The notes: generated from the letters alone by a model not told the origin. A stretch of DNA of 59,364 bases from Candidatus Peribacteraceae bacterium (GCA_028707875.1 JAQWAC010000003.1:1-59364), one strand, 5' to 3'. Shown: positions 7,220 to 17,648, counted from the stretch's first letter. Numbers and translations: made by a program.

Positions 7220-8164
7220 ATGTCAACATGGACTGCCGAAGCAGAGATGCGGCTCGATGCGTTCCTCGCAAAGGGGGAAGTGGATTTGAGCAGGGTCAAA
7301 GCCGGTGAGCGTATTCGGGAAGGTTTTGTGCTCGTGAACGGACGCATCATCCGCAAGCCCGCGCACCGTTTGAAGCCGGGAGACGGTGTTGAACTCACGC
7401 ACAGTGAAAAACCGGCATCGGAATCGCATATTAAACTCGTCGATCAGAAGATCGCCGTTCTGTACGAGGATGCCGCGTGTCTGGTGATCTCCAAGCCCGC
7501 AGGTATTTCCGTCCATCCGGGGAGCGGCATGGCGCCCGATACGGAAACGCTGCTCAACGGTATCGCGTTCCTGTTCAAAAAGAAGCGCATCCCCTTCGAT
7601 GCTTCCTGCGTGCTCGTTCACCGGCTGGACCGGGAGACAACGGGCTGCCTGCTCCTTGCGAAGACACCGCAGACGCATGCGGAGCTGCAGAGGCAGTTCA
7701 AATCCCGCACGGTACGGAAGACGTACCTTGCGATTGTCGCCGGCATGCCGAAGCACATGACCGCCACCATTGATGCCCCGATCGGCCGGAACCTCACCGA
7801 CCGGACGAAAATGTCCGTCCTGCGAACCTCGACGAGCAGGGAGGCGCAGACGACCTACCATGTCATCGGTTCCGCAAACGATTCCTCTCTCGTTGCCTGT
7901 GATCTCCACACGGGCCGTACGCACCAGATCCGCGTGCACATGAGCGCCATCGGCCATCCGATCCTCGGTGACCCGACCTACCACTCCCCTTCCAGCGAGC
8001 ACCTGAACCGGAAGTTCGGGATTGAAGGGCTCTGCCTTCATTCGTGGAAGCTCTCCTTCGTTTCACCGGTGAAGAAGACCGAAACACATGTTTTCGCACC
8101 GCCGCCAAGGGCATTCACACGATCCCTCAAGAGTCTCTCACTCCCGCCCCCCAAGCACCCATAA
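7220..8164 (+). CDS. rluD: RluA-family 23S rRNA pseudouridine synthase (RluD-like, S4 domain + catalytic domain)
   Basis: N-terminal S4-like MRLDAFLAK...VLVNGR, then VISKPAGISVHPG, HRLDRETTGCLLLAK and THQIRVH. Start at ATG 7220, not the track start 7043. Confidence 0.9.
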   Translation: MSTWTAEAEMRLDAFLAKGEVDLSRVKAGERIREGFVLVNGRIIRKPAHRLKPGDGVELTHSEKPASESHIKLVDQKIAVLYEDAACLVISKPAGISVHPGSGMAPDTETLLNGIAFLFKKKRIPFDASCVLVHRLDRETTGCLLLAKTPQTHAELQRQFKSRTVRKTYLAIVAGMPKHMTATIDAPIGRNLTDRTKMSVLRTSTSREAQTTYHVIGSANDSSLVACDLHTGRTHQIRVHMSAIGHPILGDPTYHSPSSEHLNRKFGIEGLCLHSWKLSFVSPVKKTETHVFAPPPRAFTRSLKSLSLPPPKHP

Positions 8165-8278
8165 AATACCCGCGCAAAGCTGCTTCGACCGATTCCCGAT
8201 ACAGGTGGCGGTCAATGACCGCTGAAGTCCGTACGACTCTGATACCCGTCCGATCGGGCAGAAGAAAATCACTCGGGC

Positions 8279-9994
8279 TCAGTACGTGACCGTGTACGTC
8301 AGCGTGTCGAGGATCTTTCCCTCAGCATTGCGCGCGTTGATCACATACGTGTTCAGCCCCTTCTTCAGAGTGCTGTATTTGGCATCCGCAATGTAATTGA
8401 AGAAGGTCTTCCCTGCGACGTAGAGCCGGAGTTTATACCCGTTCACCCAGACACTGCTCGTCTCCTTCGGAACGACGCCCTCCAGCAGGAAGGAGCTCCC
8501 CGTGCCGGTGAAGGTGTATGCGGTTCCTTCGCCGGGAGCCGTAACTTTCAGTGTTCCGGGCATGATGGGATCGTTCTTCGGAAGCGTGTCCTCCGTCACC
8601 TCCGCGACACTGCTCGATTGGCCGGCGGAGGAGGCGGAGCTGACGACGCCCTCCCCTTCCCCGCCCAGAATCACCGTCAGGGTCACTGCGGGACTCTTCG
8701 TTCCGGACTCATTCACGGCGGTAACGGTAAAGAGATTCTCCCCTTCCTTGAAGTTATCGAGGCGCGTGCTCGCAAGGTAACTCCACGTACCCTTTGCCGG
8801 ATCGAAGAGTTGCAGACGATAGTCATTCACGATGATGCCCGCGGCGCCGGCGGGGGCCGTTCCGCGGATGACGATTTCCGTCTTCTGGGTCCGGTAGGTC
8901 TGGCCGTCCTTGGCGGGTTCCGTGATCGTCGGTGCCTCCGGAGGCCTCCGGTCGCGGATGAGCTGGCGCACAACGGTTTCCATGACATTCCCCGTGGCGT
9001 CGAGTGCTTCCACGGTGATGGAGACCTGATCCTCGTCGGGAGGGGACACTTCAATGGAGAAGGTGCGATCATTCTTGATACTTGCCTGATACCCGTTCAC
9101 GCGGAGCGCATCCACCTTTTCGCCGACGGATCCTTCCACTTTGACCGTTGCGGTCCGGATTGTTGTGTTGTTCTCCGGACTTGTCACAGTGAGAGAGGTC
9201 GATGAGGAGGTTCCGCCGGGAACGGAGGAGGCGGAAGAACGGCTCCCTCCGATTCCATACAAAGACCGGCTTTCCTCCATGAAGGGGGAAACAGCGGCGA
9301 GAGTGCTCAGAGGGCTGCGGTACTGGTACAAATCCTCCTCGGGACGGAAATTTTCCGGGAGCGCGAATTGCTGGCCCACACCGACGATGACGGGGATCAC
9401 CGCGCGGGGGATGGTGATCTTGACGCCGAGTCCCGCTGCGGAGAAGACGGCAACGGATCGTTTGCCGATCAGAGCCTCCGTTTGGGCCGGAATCTCGAAA
9501 CTCAGATCCCCCGTGCTGATCGTCCGGACAATCGATCCCGAGAAGACCGCTGTGCGCGGCGTCGTCACCCATAGATCACCCGCAGTGAGCGCGAGGGAGA
9601 GCAGGGAATTCGTCGATTTCAGATCGCTGCGCGTCACCTCTGCTTCCGACTGTGCATTCAAACGGATCACCGATCCGTCGAAGAAGAGCAGTGCGGCTTT
9701 TCCGTTGGCAGCCGTTTTGACCCTGTCACGCACATAGAGCTTGATGTCGTTCTGTGCCGAGGTGTAATCCTTGCCGTCCAGTGAGACCTGGACTCCACCC
9801 GCATTCTCCGTTTGCAGGACGACGGCGGCCTGACGCGTATGATTGCCGATGCCCAGTTTCCCCATCAGCCAGGACCCCGCAAAATAGAAAACAATGACAA
9901 GGAGGACGGCCCCGATGGCCGGGCGTATGAACCTTGTGAGAGGGGACGGTTGGGCGAGGGAATAGTAGCCGTGACGATGACGATAGTAGAGCAC
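8279..9994 (-). CDS. Membrane-anchored FecR-domain protein with beta-rich Ig-like repeats
   Basis: 571 aa. N-terminal TM helix, a FecR-like segment (GKAALLFFDGSVIRLNAQSEAEV), then repeated beta modules. Confidence 0.8.
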   Translation of the reverse strand: MLYYRHRHGYYSLAQPSPLTRFIRPAIGAVLLVIVFYFAGSWLMGKLGIGNHTRQAAVVLQTENAGGVQVSLDGKDYTSAQNDIKLYVRDRVKTAANGKAALLFFDGSVIRLNAQSEAEVTRSDLKSTNSLLSLALTAGDLWVTTPRTAVFSGSIVRTISTGDLSFEIPAQTEALIGKRSVAVFSAAGLGVKITIPRAVIPVIVGVGQQFALPENFRPEEDLYQYRSPLSTLAAVSPFMEESRSLYGIGGSRSSASSVPGGTSSSTSLTVTSPENNTTIRTATVKVEGSVGEKVDALRVNGYQASIKNDRTFSIEVSPPDEDQVSITVEALDATGNVMETVVRQLIRDRRPPEAPTITEPAKDGQTYRTQKTEIVIRGTAPAGAAGIIVNDYRLQLFDPAKGTWSYLASTRLDNFKEGENLFTVTAVNESGTKSPAVTLTVILGGEGEGVVSSASSAGQSSSVAEVTEDTLPKNDPIMPGTLKVTAPGEGTAYTFTGTGSSFLLEGVVPKETSSVWVNGYKLRLYVAGKTFFNYIADAKYSTLKKGLNTYVINARNAEGKILDTLTYTVTY

Positions 9995-10063
9995 GGAAAG
10001 AGTTGGATGAAGTAGTCCTGTATGGTACTCATGAACCTTCCTTCAATGCAAGGACACCTCCAG

Positions 10064-10102
10064 AATGGATAATTGAAAATGTACAATGGGCAATTATCCA
10101 TT
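10064..10102 (-). repeat. AT-rich hairpin GGATAATTG/CAATTATCC with the AATGGATAATTGCCC motif, just downstream of the pilB-like gene
   Basis: 9-bp arms at 10067-10075 and 10091-10099. The 15-mer GGGCAATTATCCATT (10088-10102) recurs at 35580-35594. Confidence 0.5.
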
Positions 10103-10126
10103 ATTCATTGTTTATTTTCCATTTCG

Positions 10127-11269
10127 CTACAGCGTAACGCGATCAACCTCCGATTGCGTGGTGACTTTCTCTTTGACAAGCCGCTCCCCCATTTCGCGCA
10201 TGCTCGTATAGCCCTGCTTGCGGGCCTGCGCTTCGATCGTCATCGCCGATTCATTCGTAAGGACAAGATTTTGGATTTCAGCGGTCGCGTGGAGGAATTC
10301 CGCGATCACCTTGCGGCCGCCGTACGTCGCGCTGTCCGCCGGATCAAATTTTGCCCCTTCCTTTCGCAGTTCGGGTTTGACTGTGCGCACGAGACGTTGA
10401 GCCAGAATGCCGCGCAACGCCGGACCGAAGGTGTAGGGGCTGACTCCCATGGAGAGCAGACGGGGAATCGCTTCGATGGCGGAGTTCGTGTGCAGCGTGG
10501 AAAGCACCAAGTGGCCCGTGAGCGAGGCATCAATGGCGGTCTGTGCCGTCTCCAGATCACGAATCTCGCCCACGAGGATGATGTTCGGATCGTGACGGAG
10601 GATGGAGCGAAGACCGCTTGCGAACGTGTAATCATGATCGGGATCGATCTGGCTCTGAACGATGCCGCCGATCTCGTACTCAATCGGGTTTTCCAGCGTG
10701 ATGATGTTGCGGTGCGTACCGATGACGGTTTTGAGCAGCGCGTAGAGCGTGGTCGTTTTACCCGATCCGGTGGGTCCGGTGATCAGGAAGAGTCCGTTGG
10801 CGAGGAGCATGAGTTTTCCCAGTTCCGCCTTCATATCCGGCGGAAAACCGAGTTCCTCCAGCGTGACGATGCCGCGCTTGGGGTCAAGAAGACGGAGGGT
10901 GAGCGTCTCCCCGAAGCGCGAGGGGATGGTCGCGACACGGACGTTGACGGAGCGGCGCTGCTCCGCCCCCTTCTCATCCTTCTCCACCACGTCAAACACG
11001 TATTGTCCGTCCTGTGGGATGTTGGTGATATTCATTTTCAGCTTCGAGCCGAACTTCACGAAGCGCACGAAATCGACATACGCCTCGTGCTTAATGCTCG
11101 CAATCTGCTCAAGAATGCCGTGCAGACGGACCTCAAAACGCACGAAGCCCTTCTCCGGCGAACAGTGGATATCCGAAACCCCCTGCGTCACGCTGTATTG
11201 CTGCAACACATCCAGCAGTTTCTTTCCGTCCATCTGGTCCCATCCGCTCGTGGTGACAGTCTGAGGCAT
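10127..11269 (-). CDS. GspE/PilB-family type II/IV secretion ATPase (short form)
   Basis: Walker A GPTGSGKTTTLYA, Walker B ILVGEIRD and His box LTGHLVLSTLHTN. ATG 11269 (MPQTVTT...) is preferred. The track GTG start is 11305. Confidence 0.9.
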   Translation of the reverse strand: MPQTVTTSGWDQMDGKKLLDVLQQYSVTQGVSDIHCSPEKGFVRFEVRLHGILEQIASIKHEAYVDFVRFVKFGSKLKMNITNIPQDGQYVFDVVEKDEKGAEQRRSVNVRVATIPSRFGETLTLRLLDPKRGIVTLEELGFPPDMKAELGKLMLLANGLFLITGPTGSGKTTTLYALLKTVIGTHRNIITLENPIEYEIGGIVQSQIDPDHDYTFASGLRSILRHDPNIILVGEIRDLETAQTAIDASLTGHLVLSTLHTNSAIEAIPRLLSMGVSPYTFGPALRGILAQRLVRTVKPELRKEGAKFDPADSATYGGRKVIAEFLHATAEIQNLVLTNESAMTIEAQARKQGYTSMREMGERLVKEKVTTQSEVDRVTL

Positions 11270-11352
11270 CGAGCTATTGTACCACGAATGAGCCCCCTTG
11301 ACCACACCGCTCTCTGCGCATTAACTGACCCGCATCTCTATAATGCGTGCCC

Positions 11353-13884
11353 ATGTCCTCGTACCGTCTGACGCAATCGGAAACTCAACGTACGCGATCG
11401 CTCAAGCAGCGAATGCTCATGGTGCACGTTTTTCTGTTGCTCTGCGGTCTCGTGATTGTGGCGCGTCTCATCGAACTGCAGATTCTCCGCGGAAATGAGT
11501 TCTATGCGTACGCTCAGGCGCAGCACTACGGGGGTGTTGTTCTCCCCGCCCGGCGCGGGGAAATTCTCGCCCAGAGCAGCAAGACGAATGAGACGAGCAT
11601 TCTTGCCACCAACACCACACTCGACCTCGTTTACGTGGATCCGCTGGTGCTGGAAGATCCCGTGATGGTGGCGGAGAAGCTGGCCGACATTCTTGTGACG
11701 CAGGAGTTCCATGCCGATTGTTCGGCGGGCAAAACGACCTGCCCCCGTGAACTTATGGGATTCTATGCCTCCGCTTTCGATCAGAATAAGCGCATTCAGG
11801 AACTCCTTTCCACCACGCTCCTCGAACCCCTCCCGACCGATCTCCCTCCGCCTCCCGTTTCGGAATTACCCGATCTCACGGAAGTGCGACGACTCTTCGC
11901 ACGTTCAATCGAGAGTCGCATTGGGGAAAAACGCGTCACGTTCGTCCCGCTCGTATATGGCGCCAACAAGGTGCAGATGCAAACGGTGGAAGAGCTGGGC
12001 ATTGCCGGCATCGACGTCAACAAACAATCGCGACTCATCTCCGCCGATCCGGAAAAAATCAATCAGGGGCGTCTCGCCGATCTGTCCCGAAAACTCTCCG
12101 AACCGCTCGCTCTGGATCAGATTGTTCTTCAGAACCTGCTTCGCAGCCGTCCGCTCCGGTACGTTTCCATCATGCATCGTCTCCCTCCCGCTCTCTCCGC
12201 ACGGATGCGCGATCTTCAGCTCACTTCCCTTCAGGAGACATTGAAACGAAAGAAGGAGGCGGCCACGACCGAAGCAGCCGAGTTGATCAAAGATCCTCTG
12301 CGCTCCATCGCACTTCTGCCGGAACATTGGCGCTTCTATCCCGATGGCACCGTCGCCTCACAGGTTGTGGGTTTCCTCAACCCCAATCAGGAAGCGCAAT
12401 ACGGCATTGAGCGGACCTTCGACCCGCAGTTGCGCGGCCAGGAGGGTCTGATCAGCACGGTGAGCGATCCTTCCGGAGGTCAGATTCTCACCGCCGATCA
12501 GCGCATCATCGACCCGAAAGACGGCGATACGGTCGTCCTCACAATCGATCGCTCCATTCAGGAGGCGGTGGAAGGGATCATGGAGAAGGCGGTGAAGAAT
12601 TCCGATTCGGACAGCGGACAGGCCATCGTGATGGATCCCTCAACGGGACGCATCATCGCCATGGTCAATGCGCCGATCTTTGACAGCAACAATTACGGGG
12701 AGGTCTATGGGAAGGAGCCGATGATTCTTTCCGAAGACAGGCGGAGGCAGATTGTTGTGGAGATCTATCACCCCGATACGCGCGCCTTCATTCTCAAGGC
12801 GTACATCGATGATGTTTTCACGACGGAAGGACGGTCGAAGATTTCGGATGAAAAACAGAAAATGCTCACGGAGATCGAGAAGCAGTACGATCTCAAGGAC
12901 ATCGTCCGCTACTACTACTATTTCGGGGAAACGACCCGCATCGAAATCTTCCCGACCGATCGGCCGGACGTGTGGCTGAAGTTCAAGAACGGCATCGGCG
13001 TGGGAGCCTATTTGAACCGCAACGTGCAGGCCGTGTATGAGCCGGGATCCGTCATGAAGCCTGTTACCATGGCAATCGCCATCGATCAGGGCGAGGTGAC
13101 CCCCGCGGATATTTACGACGACAACGGTCCCGTGAAAGTGGATGAGTACACGATCCAGAATGCGCTCTTCAAGTACTACGGCAAGGTGACCATGACGAAC
13201 TGTCTCGAATTCTCCATCAACACCTGCATGACGAGTGTTTCCACCAAGCTCGGCCGCAAACTCTTCTATCGCGCGCTTGATCGCTTCGGCTTCGGCCATA
13301 TCACGGGCATCGAACTCGAGGATGAATTGCCGGGGGAACTGCCTCCGTGGCGCAACTGGAGCAACTCCCTTCTTGCGACCGCCGCCTACGGGCAGGGTGT
13401 CTCCGCCACGCCGCTCCAGATGCTCACGGCCTTCGCCGCGCTTGCGAACGGCGGCAAACTGATGAAGCCGACGATCATTGATCGCATCATTCACACGGAC
13501 GGCTCCGTGGAGCGGACGCAGACGAAGATTTTGGATCAGGTGATCACACCGGAGTCATCGGCGACCATCACGGCGATGCTGGTGAGCTCCGCGACAAAAG
13601 GTTACGCCAAGTCGGCCAAAGTCCCCGGGTACCGCATCGCGGGAAAAACCGGAACATCGCAGGTCGCAGGACCGGGCGGCAAGTACGAAACGGGGACGGG
13701 ATCGGTGATCACCTCCTTCGCCGGCTACGCGCCCGTCAATGACCCCAAGTTCGTCGTCCTCGTTAAGTTCGACCGCCCCAAGGCGCACGGAAGCGAACTT
13801 GGCGTGCAATCGGCGGCTCCTGTCTTCAAAGACATTGCCGCGTTCATGTTCAAATACTACGGGATACCGCCGGATGACAAGTAA
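11353..13884 (+). CDS. Class B penicillin-binding protein (PBP2/FtsI-type transpeptidase)
   Basis: N-terminal TM, PBP dimerisation region, SVMKP (SxxK) and KTGT motifs. TATAAT at 11339-11344 sits 8 nt before ATG 11353, so the track GTG 11347 is unlikely. Confidence 0.9.
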   Translation: MSSYRLTQSETQRTRSLKQRMLMVHVFLLLCGLVIVARLIELQILRGNEFYAYAQAQHYGGVVLPARRGEILAQSSKTNETSILATNTTLDLVYVDPLVLEDPVMVAEKLADILVTQEFHADCSAGKTTCPRELMGFYASAFDQNKRIQELLSTTLLEPLPTDLPPPPVSELPDLTEVRRLFARSIESRIGEKRVTFVPLVYGANKVQMQTVEELGIAGIDVNKQSRLISADPEKINQGRLADLSRKLSEPLALDQIVLQNLLRSRPLRYVSIMHRLPPALSARMRDLQLTSLQETLKRKKEAATTEAAELIKDPLRSIALLPEHWRFYPDGTVASQVVGFLNPNQEAQYGIERTFDPQLRGQEGLISTVSDPSGGQILTADQRIIDPKDGDTVVLTIDRSIQEAVEGIMEKAVKNSDSDSGQAIVMDPSTGRIIAMVNAPIFDSNNYGEVYGKEPMILSEDRRRQIVVEIYHPDTRAFILKAYIDDVFTTEGRSKISDEKQKMLTEIEKQYDLKDIVRYYYYFGETTRIEIFPTDRPDVWLKFKNGIGVGAYLNRNVQAVYEPGSVMKPVTMAIAIDQGEVTPADIYDDNGPVKVDEYTIQNALFKYYGKVTMTNCLEFSINTCMTSVSTKLGRKLFYRALDRFGFGHITGIELEDELPGELPPWRNWSNSLLATAAYGQGVSATPLQMLTAFAALANGGKLMKPTIIDRIIHTDGSVERTQTKILDQVITPESSATITAMLVSSATKGYAKSAKVPGYRIAGKTGTSQVAGPGGKYETGTGSVITSFAGYAPVNDPKFVVLVKFDRPKAHGSELGVQSAAPVFKDIAAFMFKYYGIPPDDK

Positions 13885-13917
13885 CATGGAAGGCAAACCT
13901 GCGGTTTTCCTTCCATG
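13885..13917. terminator. Hairpin between convergent genes (CATGGAAGGcAAA-cctgcgg-TTTtCCTTCCATG)
   Basis: Starts 1 nt after the PBP stop. U-tract partly inside the stem. Confidence 0.5.
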
Positions 13918-14045
13918 AACCATCCACTCCCTGAAAGGAGTGTCTCCGGCATTGGGGCCCACGCCTGCGTGCCGGAACGCCGAGATTCCATTCCTCATAA
14001 CGGCACTTCGGCGTGCAGGCACGAGACCCAATGCTTCGGCACAGA

Positions 14046-15329
14046 TTATTTCGAATGTGTGAGGAGATGCGCGAGTTTGCGAACAGCAGTGTCGCGAATC
14101 CGTCCGGCATGCTGGGCTGAAAAAGGCAACGATTTCTTAATACTTCTCAGGGGAGGATGCCGGATCACATCGGTTCGGAGATAATATTCGCGAAGAATTT
14201 GGCGTTCGCGCTCGTCCAGTACATCGGCATTCGCAAGGGCGAAAAAGAGCGTTGTCTCAGAATCATCCTGCAATACCTGATTCAGCACCTCATTTCGCTC
14301 CTGTCCGTTCATTATGCGTCGAACCTCTCTCCGGATGCGGTCGGCAATTTCATGGCGCTTCTCGGGAATGAGAGGCGTGCTCCTTTCAGCCCCGAAAATT
14401 CGATTCCCCAGATCATGGAATACTGATTTGTGCATCAAAGGATTCCCCTCGCTGATCCCAAAAATCCGTGCAATAGCAACAAGTCCCACCCCCCGGATTT
14501 TGAGTGATATTCTCCGATTATTTGAGAGCCTGCACCATGTGCGGTGATCGGGGATAACAGACATCACGGCCCTTCTCCATTTCTCCGTATCCGATCCGAG
14601 TTCTCGTTCCCGTTCTTCGCCACACTCGATGCGCTGCAATTCGCAACTGATTTCGGGATGTTGCGCACGAAAAAGAGCCGCGGAGAGTTGCAGAAAAGCC
14701 TTTCGCTGGCTGATGGGATTTCCCTTGATTTCAAAGAGTGTGCCAAGTGCGCAGAGCCCCATGCCTCCGACTTTCACCGCAGCCCGCTGCTTCTGATTCA
14801 TGAGTATCCATTCCGAGAGTTGCAGCGCCTCGTCGCGCACGGCCTTCAGGGCGGTCGCACGTTTCCTCTTGCGTCGAAGATGATCATTGAGAGGCAGATA
14901 ACGTTGGCGGGGAGTCGTTGCATGAGCACCCAACCACTGTTCGATGATCTCCGAAAGCTCCGAAGAGACAGGGGGTTCCAATGGCGGCTGAAGTGCAATT
15001 GCTTTCATTTTTTCCTCCATTCTCCCGATCGCATATGCACCGAGTGTACTTCCATGATCCATGCGCAATGCCGGATCAAAGATGGTTTCCAGAAAGGCAG
15101 CAACACCCTCTCTTCGCAAATGTTCCGCATCCACCTGATAGTCTCTTGCATTGTGTGTCGCCCGCGCACGTATGAGGTCATCGTATTTTTTGAGCAGCCG
15201 GAGAATGAGAGCGGCAGACCGCGATGTTCGGGATTCCTTGATAAGCCTTCTTTCGGTTTTGGCATGGTTCCTTTCCATCGCTTCAGCGGTGTCGTCCTCC
15301 ATTGCGCATGGTGGTCTTTCTCGTTCCAT
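14046..15329 (-). CDS. Atypical sigma-70-family protein with a duplicated HTH-like insert
   Basis: Region-2-like DAEHLRREGVAAFLETIFDP...GSTLGAYAIGRM. Region-4-like ERERQILREYYL...AQHAGRIRDTAVRKLAHLL. Between them lie two related modules (AAVKVGGMGLCALGTLFEIKGNPISQRKAF and ISLKIRGVGLVAIARIFGISEGNPLMHKSVF). Confidence 0.7.
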   Translation of the reverse strand: MERERPPCAMEDDTAEAMERNHAKTERRLIKESRTSRSAALILRLLKKYDDLIRARATHNARDYQVDAEHLRREGVAAFLETIFDPALRMDHGSTLGAYAIGRMEEKMKAIALQPPLEPPVSSELSEIIEQWLGAHATTPRQRYLPLNDHLRRKRKRATALKAVRDEALQLSEWILMNQKQRAAVKVGGMGLCALGTLFEIKGNPISQRKAFLQLSAALFRAQHPEISCELQRIECGEERERELGSDTEKWRRAVMSVIPDHRTWCRLSNNRRISLKIRGVGLVAIARIFGISEGNPLMHKSVFHDLGNRIFGAERSTPLIPEKRHEIADRIRREVRRIMNGQERNEVLNQVLQDDSETTLFFALANADVLDERERQILREYYLRTDVIRHPPLRSIKKSLPFSAQHAGRIRDTAVRKLAHLLTHSK

Positions 15330-15403
15330 AGGGAACGGGCTGTATAGCTAAAACCCGCTTTTTGATCAAGGCTCTAAGAGCCCACTTCGGGGAGAGAATC
15401 CCG

Positions 15404-17179
15404 TTACTTCACCGTGACCGACTTCGCCAGATTTCGCGGCATATCGGGGTCCTTCCCGCGCTTCACCGCGAGGAAGTATGCGAGCACCTGTATCGGGATG
15501 ATGTTCACGATCGCCTGTGCGGTATCCGTATCCGGCACCTTGATCCACTCGTCGAAGACGTCGTGACGCACGGGGGAAACACCGATGATGAAGCCTCCGC
15601 GCGCTTTGAGCTCGATGGCATTCGAAAGGATGTCGGTACGCACTTCGTCGTTGCCCGCGAGCACGATGCAGGGCGTCCCCGTGTCGATGAGGGCGATGGG
15701 TCCGTGCTTGAGTTCTCCGCCGGCGAATCCCTCCGCGTGAATGTAGCTCACCTCCTGAATTTTGATCGCGCTCTCAAGAGCCATCGGGAAATTCCAGCTC
15801 TTCCCGATGATGTAGAGGTCCTTGTCCGCTTTGATTTTCTCCGCAATACCTTCGATGAAGTCGATGTAGCGGGGGTTGAGCATGTCATTGATCGCCGCCG
15901 CGGTCTCGAGCAGACGCGTGCGGCCCTTCTGGAGCTTGCCGAGCAGGGCATAGGCGATGAGCATCAGGACGGCCATCTGGCCGGTGAGCGCCTTGGTGGA
16001 CGCCACGGCGCGCTCGGGTCCCGCATTGATCTGCAAGGTGTAGTCCGCTTCCCGTGCGATGGTGGAGCCTTCGGAATTCACGATCGCCAGCACCTTCGAT
16101 CCCTTGGACTTCGCCACCTTCATCGCTTCCAGCACATCCGCGGTCTCGCCGCTCTGGCTCACCACGATGAGCAGACTCTCCGGCTTCAGGAAGCGGTGGA
16201 AGAGCTTGAACTCACTCGCCGGAGCGAAGTTCACGTGGTGCCCCGCAATGACGGAGAAGAAGTATTCCGCCGCCATGCAGGCCTTGGCCGCCGTGCCGCA
16301 ACCGCAGAGAAACGTACCCTGCGCATCGCGGATCGCCTCCGCGAGCGTCTGGATAGCGGCCTCATCCTGATTCACGGCACGCGCGATGGAATCCTTCTGC
16401 TCCATGATCTCCTTCATCATGAAGTGCTCGTACTTCCCTTTCTTCGATTGTGCCGCCCCCCACGTGATCTCGATCTCGCGCTTCCGGCGCTCCAGACTGG
16501 TCACAAGGTCCGAGAAGATGATGCTGTTGCCGTCCGTCACCACCATCTCCCCGTCATCCAGATACTGCACGGTGGCGGTCGATTCGTGGAAGGCGGGTGT
16601 ATCGGATGCGATGAAGTATCCGTCGTTTTTGGAGACGCCGATGATCAGGGGCGAGCCGGTGCGCGCGGCCACGAGCATCCGGGAGTCTTTATGCATCGCC
16701 ACGACGGCGAAGCGTCCTTCGAACTTCAGACAGGCCTTGCGCACAGCGGCGGCAAAGTCCTTCGTCCCTTTCATTTCTTCTTCAATGAGGTGCGGCACGA
16801 CTTCGGAATCCGTGGTGGAGCGGAAGGTGTGTCCTTTCTGTTTGAGTTCATCACGCAGGCATTCGTAGTTCTCGATGATGCCGTTGTGCACCACGACGAC
16901 AGAGCCGTCGCAGCACGTGTGCGGATGGGCGTTCTCCTGCGTCACGCCTCCGTGCGTGGCCCAGCGCGTATGAGCGACGGCCAGGGAACACGGAGCCAGA
17001 AAACGCTTGGCATCCACTCCGCTGATCCTTCCGATATCCTTGGTAACCTCAATTCCCTTCTCCGTTTTACAGGCGACGCCCCATGAATCGTAACCGCGAT
17101 ATTCGAGATGCTTGAGCCCCTCAATCACAAGGAACCCCGCATCCGTACGCCTGCCGATATATCCGATGATCCCACACAT
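15404..17179 (-). CDS. glmS: Glutamine--fructose-6-phosphate aminotransferase
   Basis: MCGIIGYIG (Cys2 nucleophile), a glutaminase domain and two SIS domains. Start at ATG 17179, not the track start 17224. Confidence 0.95.
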   Translation of the reverse strand: MCGIIGYIGRRTDAGFLVIEGLKHLEYRGYDSWGVACKTEKGIEVTKDIGRISGVDAKRFLAPCSLAVAHTRWATHGGVTQENAHPHTCCDGSVVVVHNGIIENYECLRDELKQKGHTFRSTTDSEVVPHLIEEEMKGTKDFAAAVRKACLKFEGRFAVVAMHKDSRMLVAARTGSPLIIGVSKNDGYFIASDTPAFHESTATVQYLDDGEMVVTDGNSIIFSDLVTSLERRKREIEITWGAAQSKKGKYEHFMMKEIMEQKDSIARAVNQDEAAIQTLAEAIRDAQGTFLCGCGTAAKACMAAEYFFSVIAGHHVNFAPASEFKLFHRFLKPESLLIVVSQSGETADVLEAMKVAKSKGSKVLAIVNSEGSTIAREADYTLQINAGPERAVASTKALTGQMAVLMLIAYALLGKLQKGRTRLLETAAAINDMLNPRYIDFIEGIAEKIKADKDLYIIGKSWNFPMALESAIKIQEVSYIHAEGFAGGELKHGPIALIDTGTPCIVLAGNDEVRTDILSNAIELKARGGFIIGVSPVRHDVFDEWIKVPDTDTAQAIVNIIPIQVLAYFLAVKRGKDPDMPRNLAKSVTVK

Positions 17180-17204
17180 GAAGAAATGGCTTGGGAATGC
17201 GGAG

Positions 17205-17232
17205 ATTTTACTTATATCGGGCAAAGAGTCAA
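17205..17232 (-). promoter_or_regulatory. glmS promoter TTGACT-16-TAAAAT
   Basis: Read on the minus strand. The -10 ends 25 nt before the ATG. Confidence 0.5.
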
Positions 17233-17342
17233 TGCAAAGAACATGGCAATGGCGAGCCGAAGTACGGACTGGAAGTATCTTTCTTCATCGGACTTCCTAC
17301 GCCCTACGCCCTACGCCCTTCCCCCTATCTCCCCCCTTTTCC

Positions 17343-17371
17343 TTGACGCTTTCCCGCCGCTTCCCTACCCT
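17343..17371 (+). promoter_or_regulatory. rpsT promoter TTGACG-17-TACCCT, with the -10 ending 9 nt before the ATG
   Basis: Read directly. Implies a leaderless or near-leaderless mRNA. Confidence 0.5.
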
Positions 17372-17380
17372 TTGCGGGCT

Positions 17381-17644
17381 ATGCCGATTATCAAGTCCGC
17401 CATCAAGGCCGCCCGACAGAACATCAAGCGTCATGAAGTCCGTCGTCCCGTGAAGACACGGATGAAGACGCTCATGAAGCAGATCGTCGATCTCGCCAAG
17501 GGGGGAAAGAAGGAGGAAGGAATGAAACTCCTGCCGCAGGTTTTCAAGGCGATCGACATGGCCGCCAAGAAACATGTCATTCATCCCAAGAACGCCGCAC
17601 GGAAGAAATCCCTGATGAACCGGCTTGTCGCCTTGAAGAAGTAA
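17381..17644 (+). CDS. rpsT: 30S ribosomal protein S20
   Basis: MPIIKSAIKAARQNIKRHEVRRPVKTRMKT... (87 aa). Internal ATG of track ORF 17108..17644. Confidence 0.9.
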   Translation: MPIIKSAIKAARQNIKRHEVRRPVKTRMKTLMKQIVDLAKGGKKEEGMKLLPQVFKAIDMAAKKHVIHPKNAARKKSLMNRLVALKK

Positions 17645-17648
17645 TTTT

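Noticed and set aside
14544-15347. 267-aa plus-strand ORF opposite the sigma-like gene.
   Set aside because: The minus-strand product has sigma region-2 and region-4 signatures and internal repeats. The plus-strand product has none.
15362-17086. 574-aa ORF antisense to glmS. There are similar long antisense ORFs at 1953..2954 (malic enzyme), 30885..32024 (purA), 35558..37267 (DUF11 protein), 39795..41057 (SBP), 49179..50399 (dnaK) and 54377..55561 (P-type ATPase).
   Set aside because: Each overlaps a gene with unmistakable conserved motifs on the other strand. Their products are Arg/His/Gly-rich with no motifs. Long stop-free antisense frames are expected in GC-rich coding DNA.
17180-17300. 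glmS ribozyme upstream of glmS.
   Set aside because: The predicted promoter leaves only ~25 nt of leader, and no sequence of ribozyme size or conservation is present.
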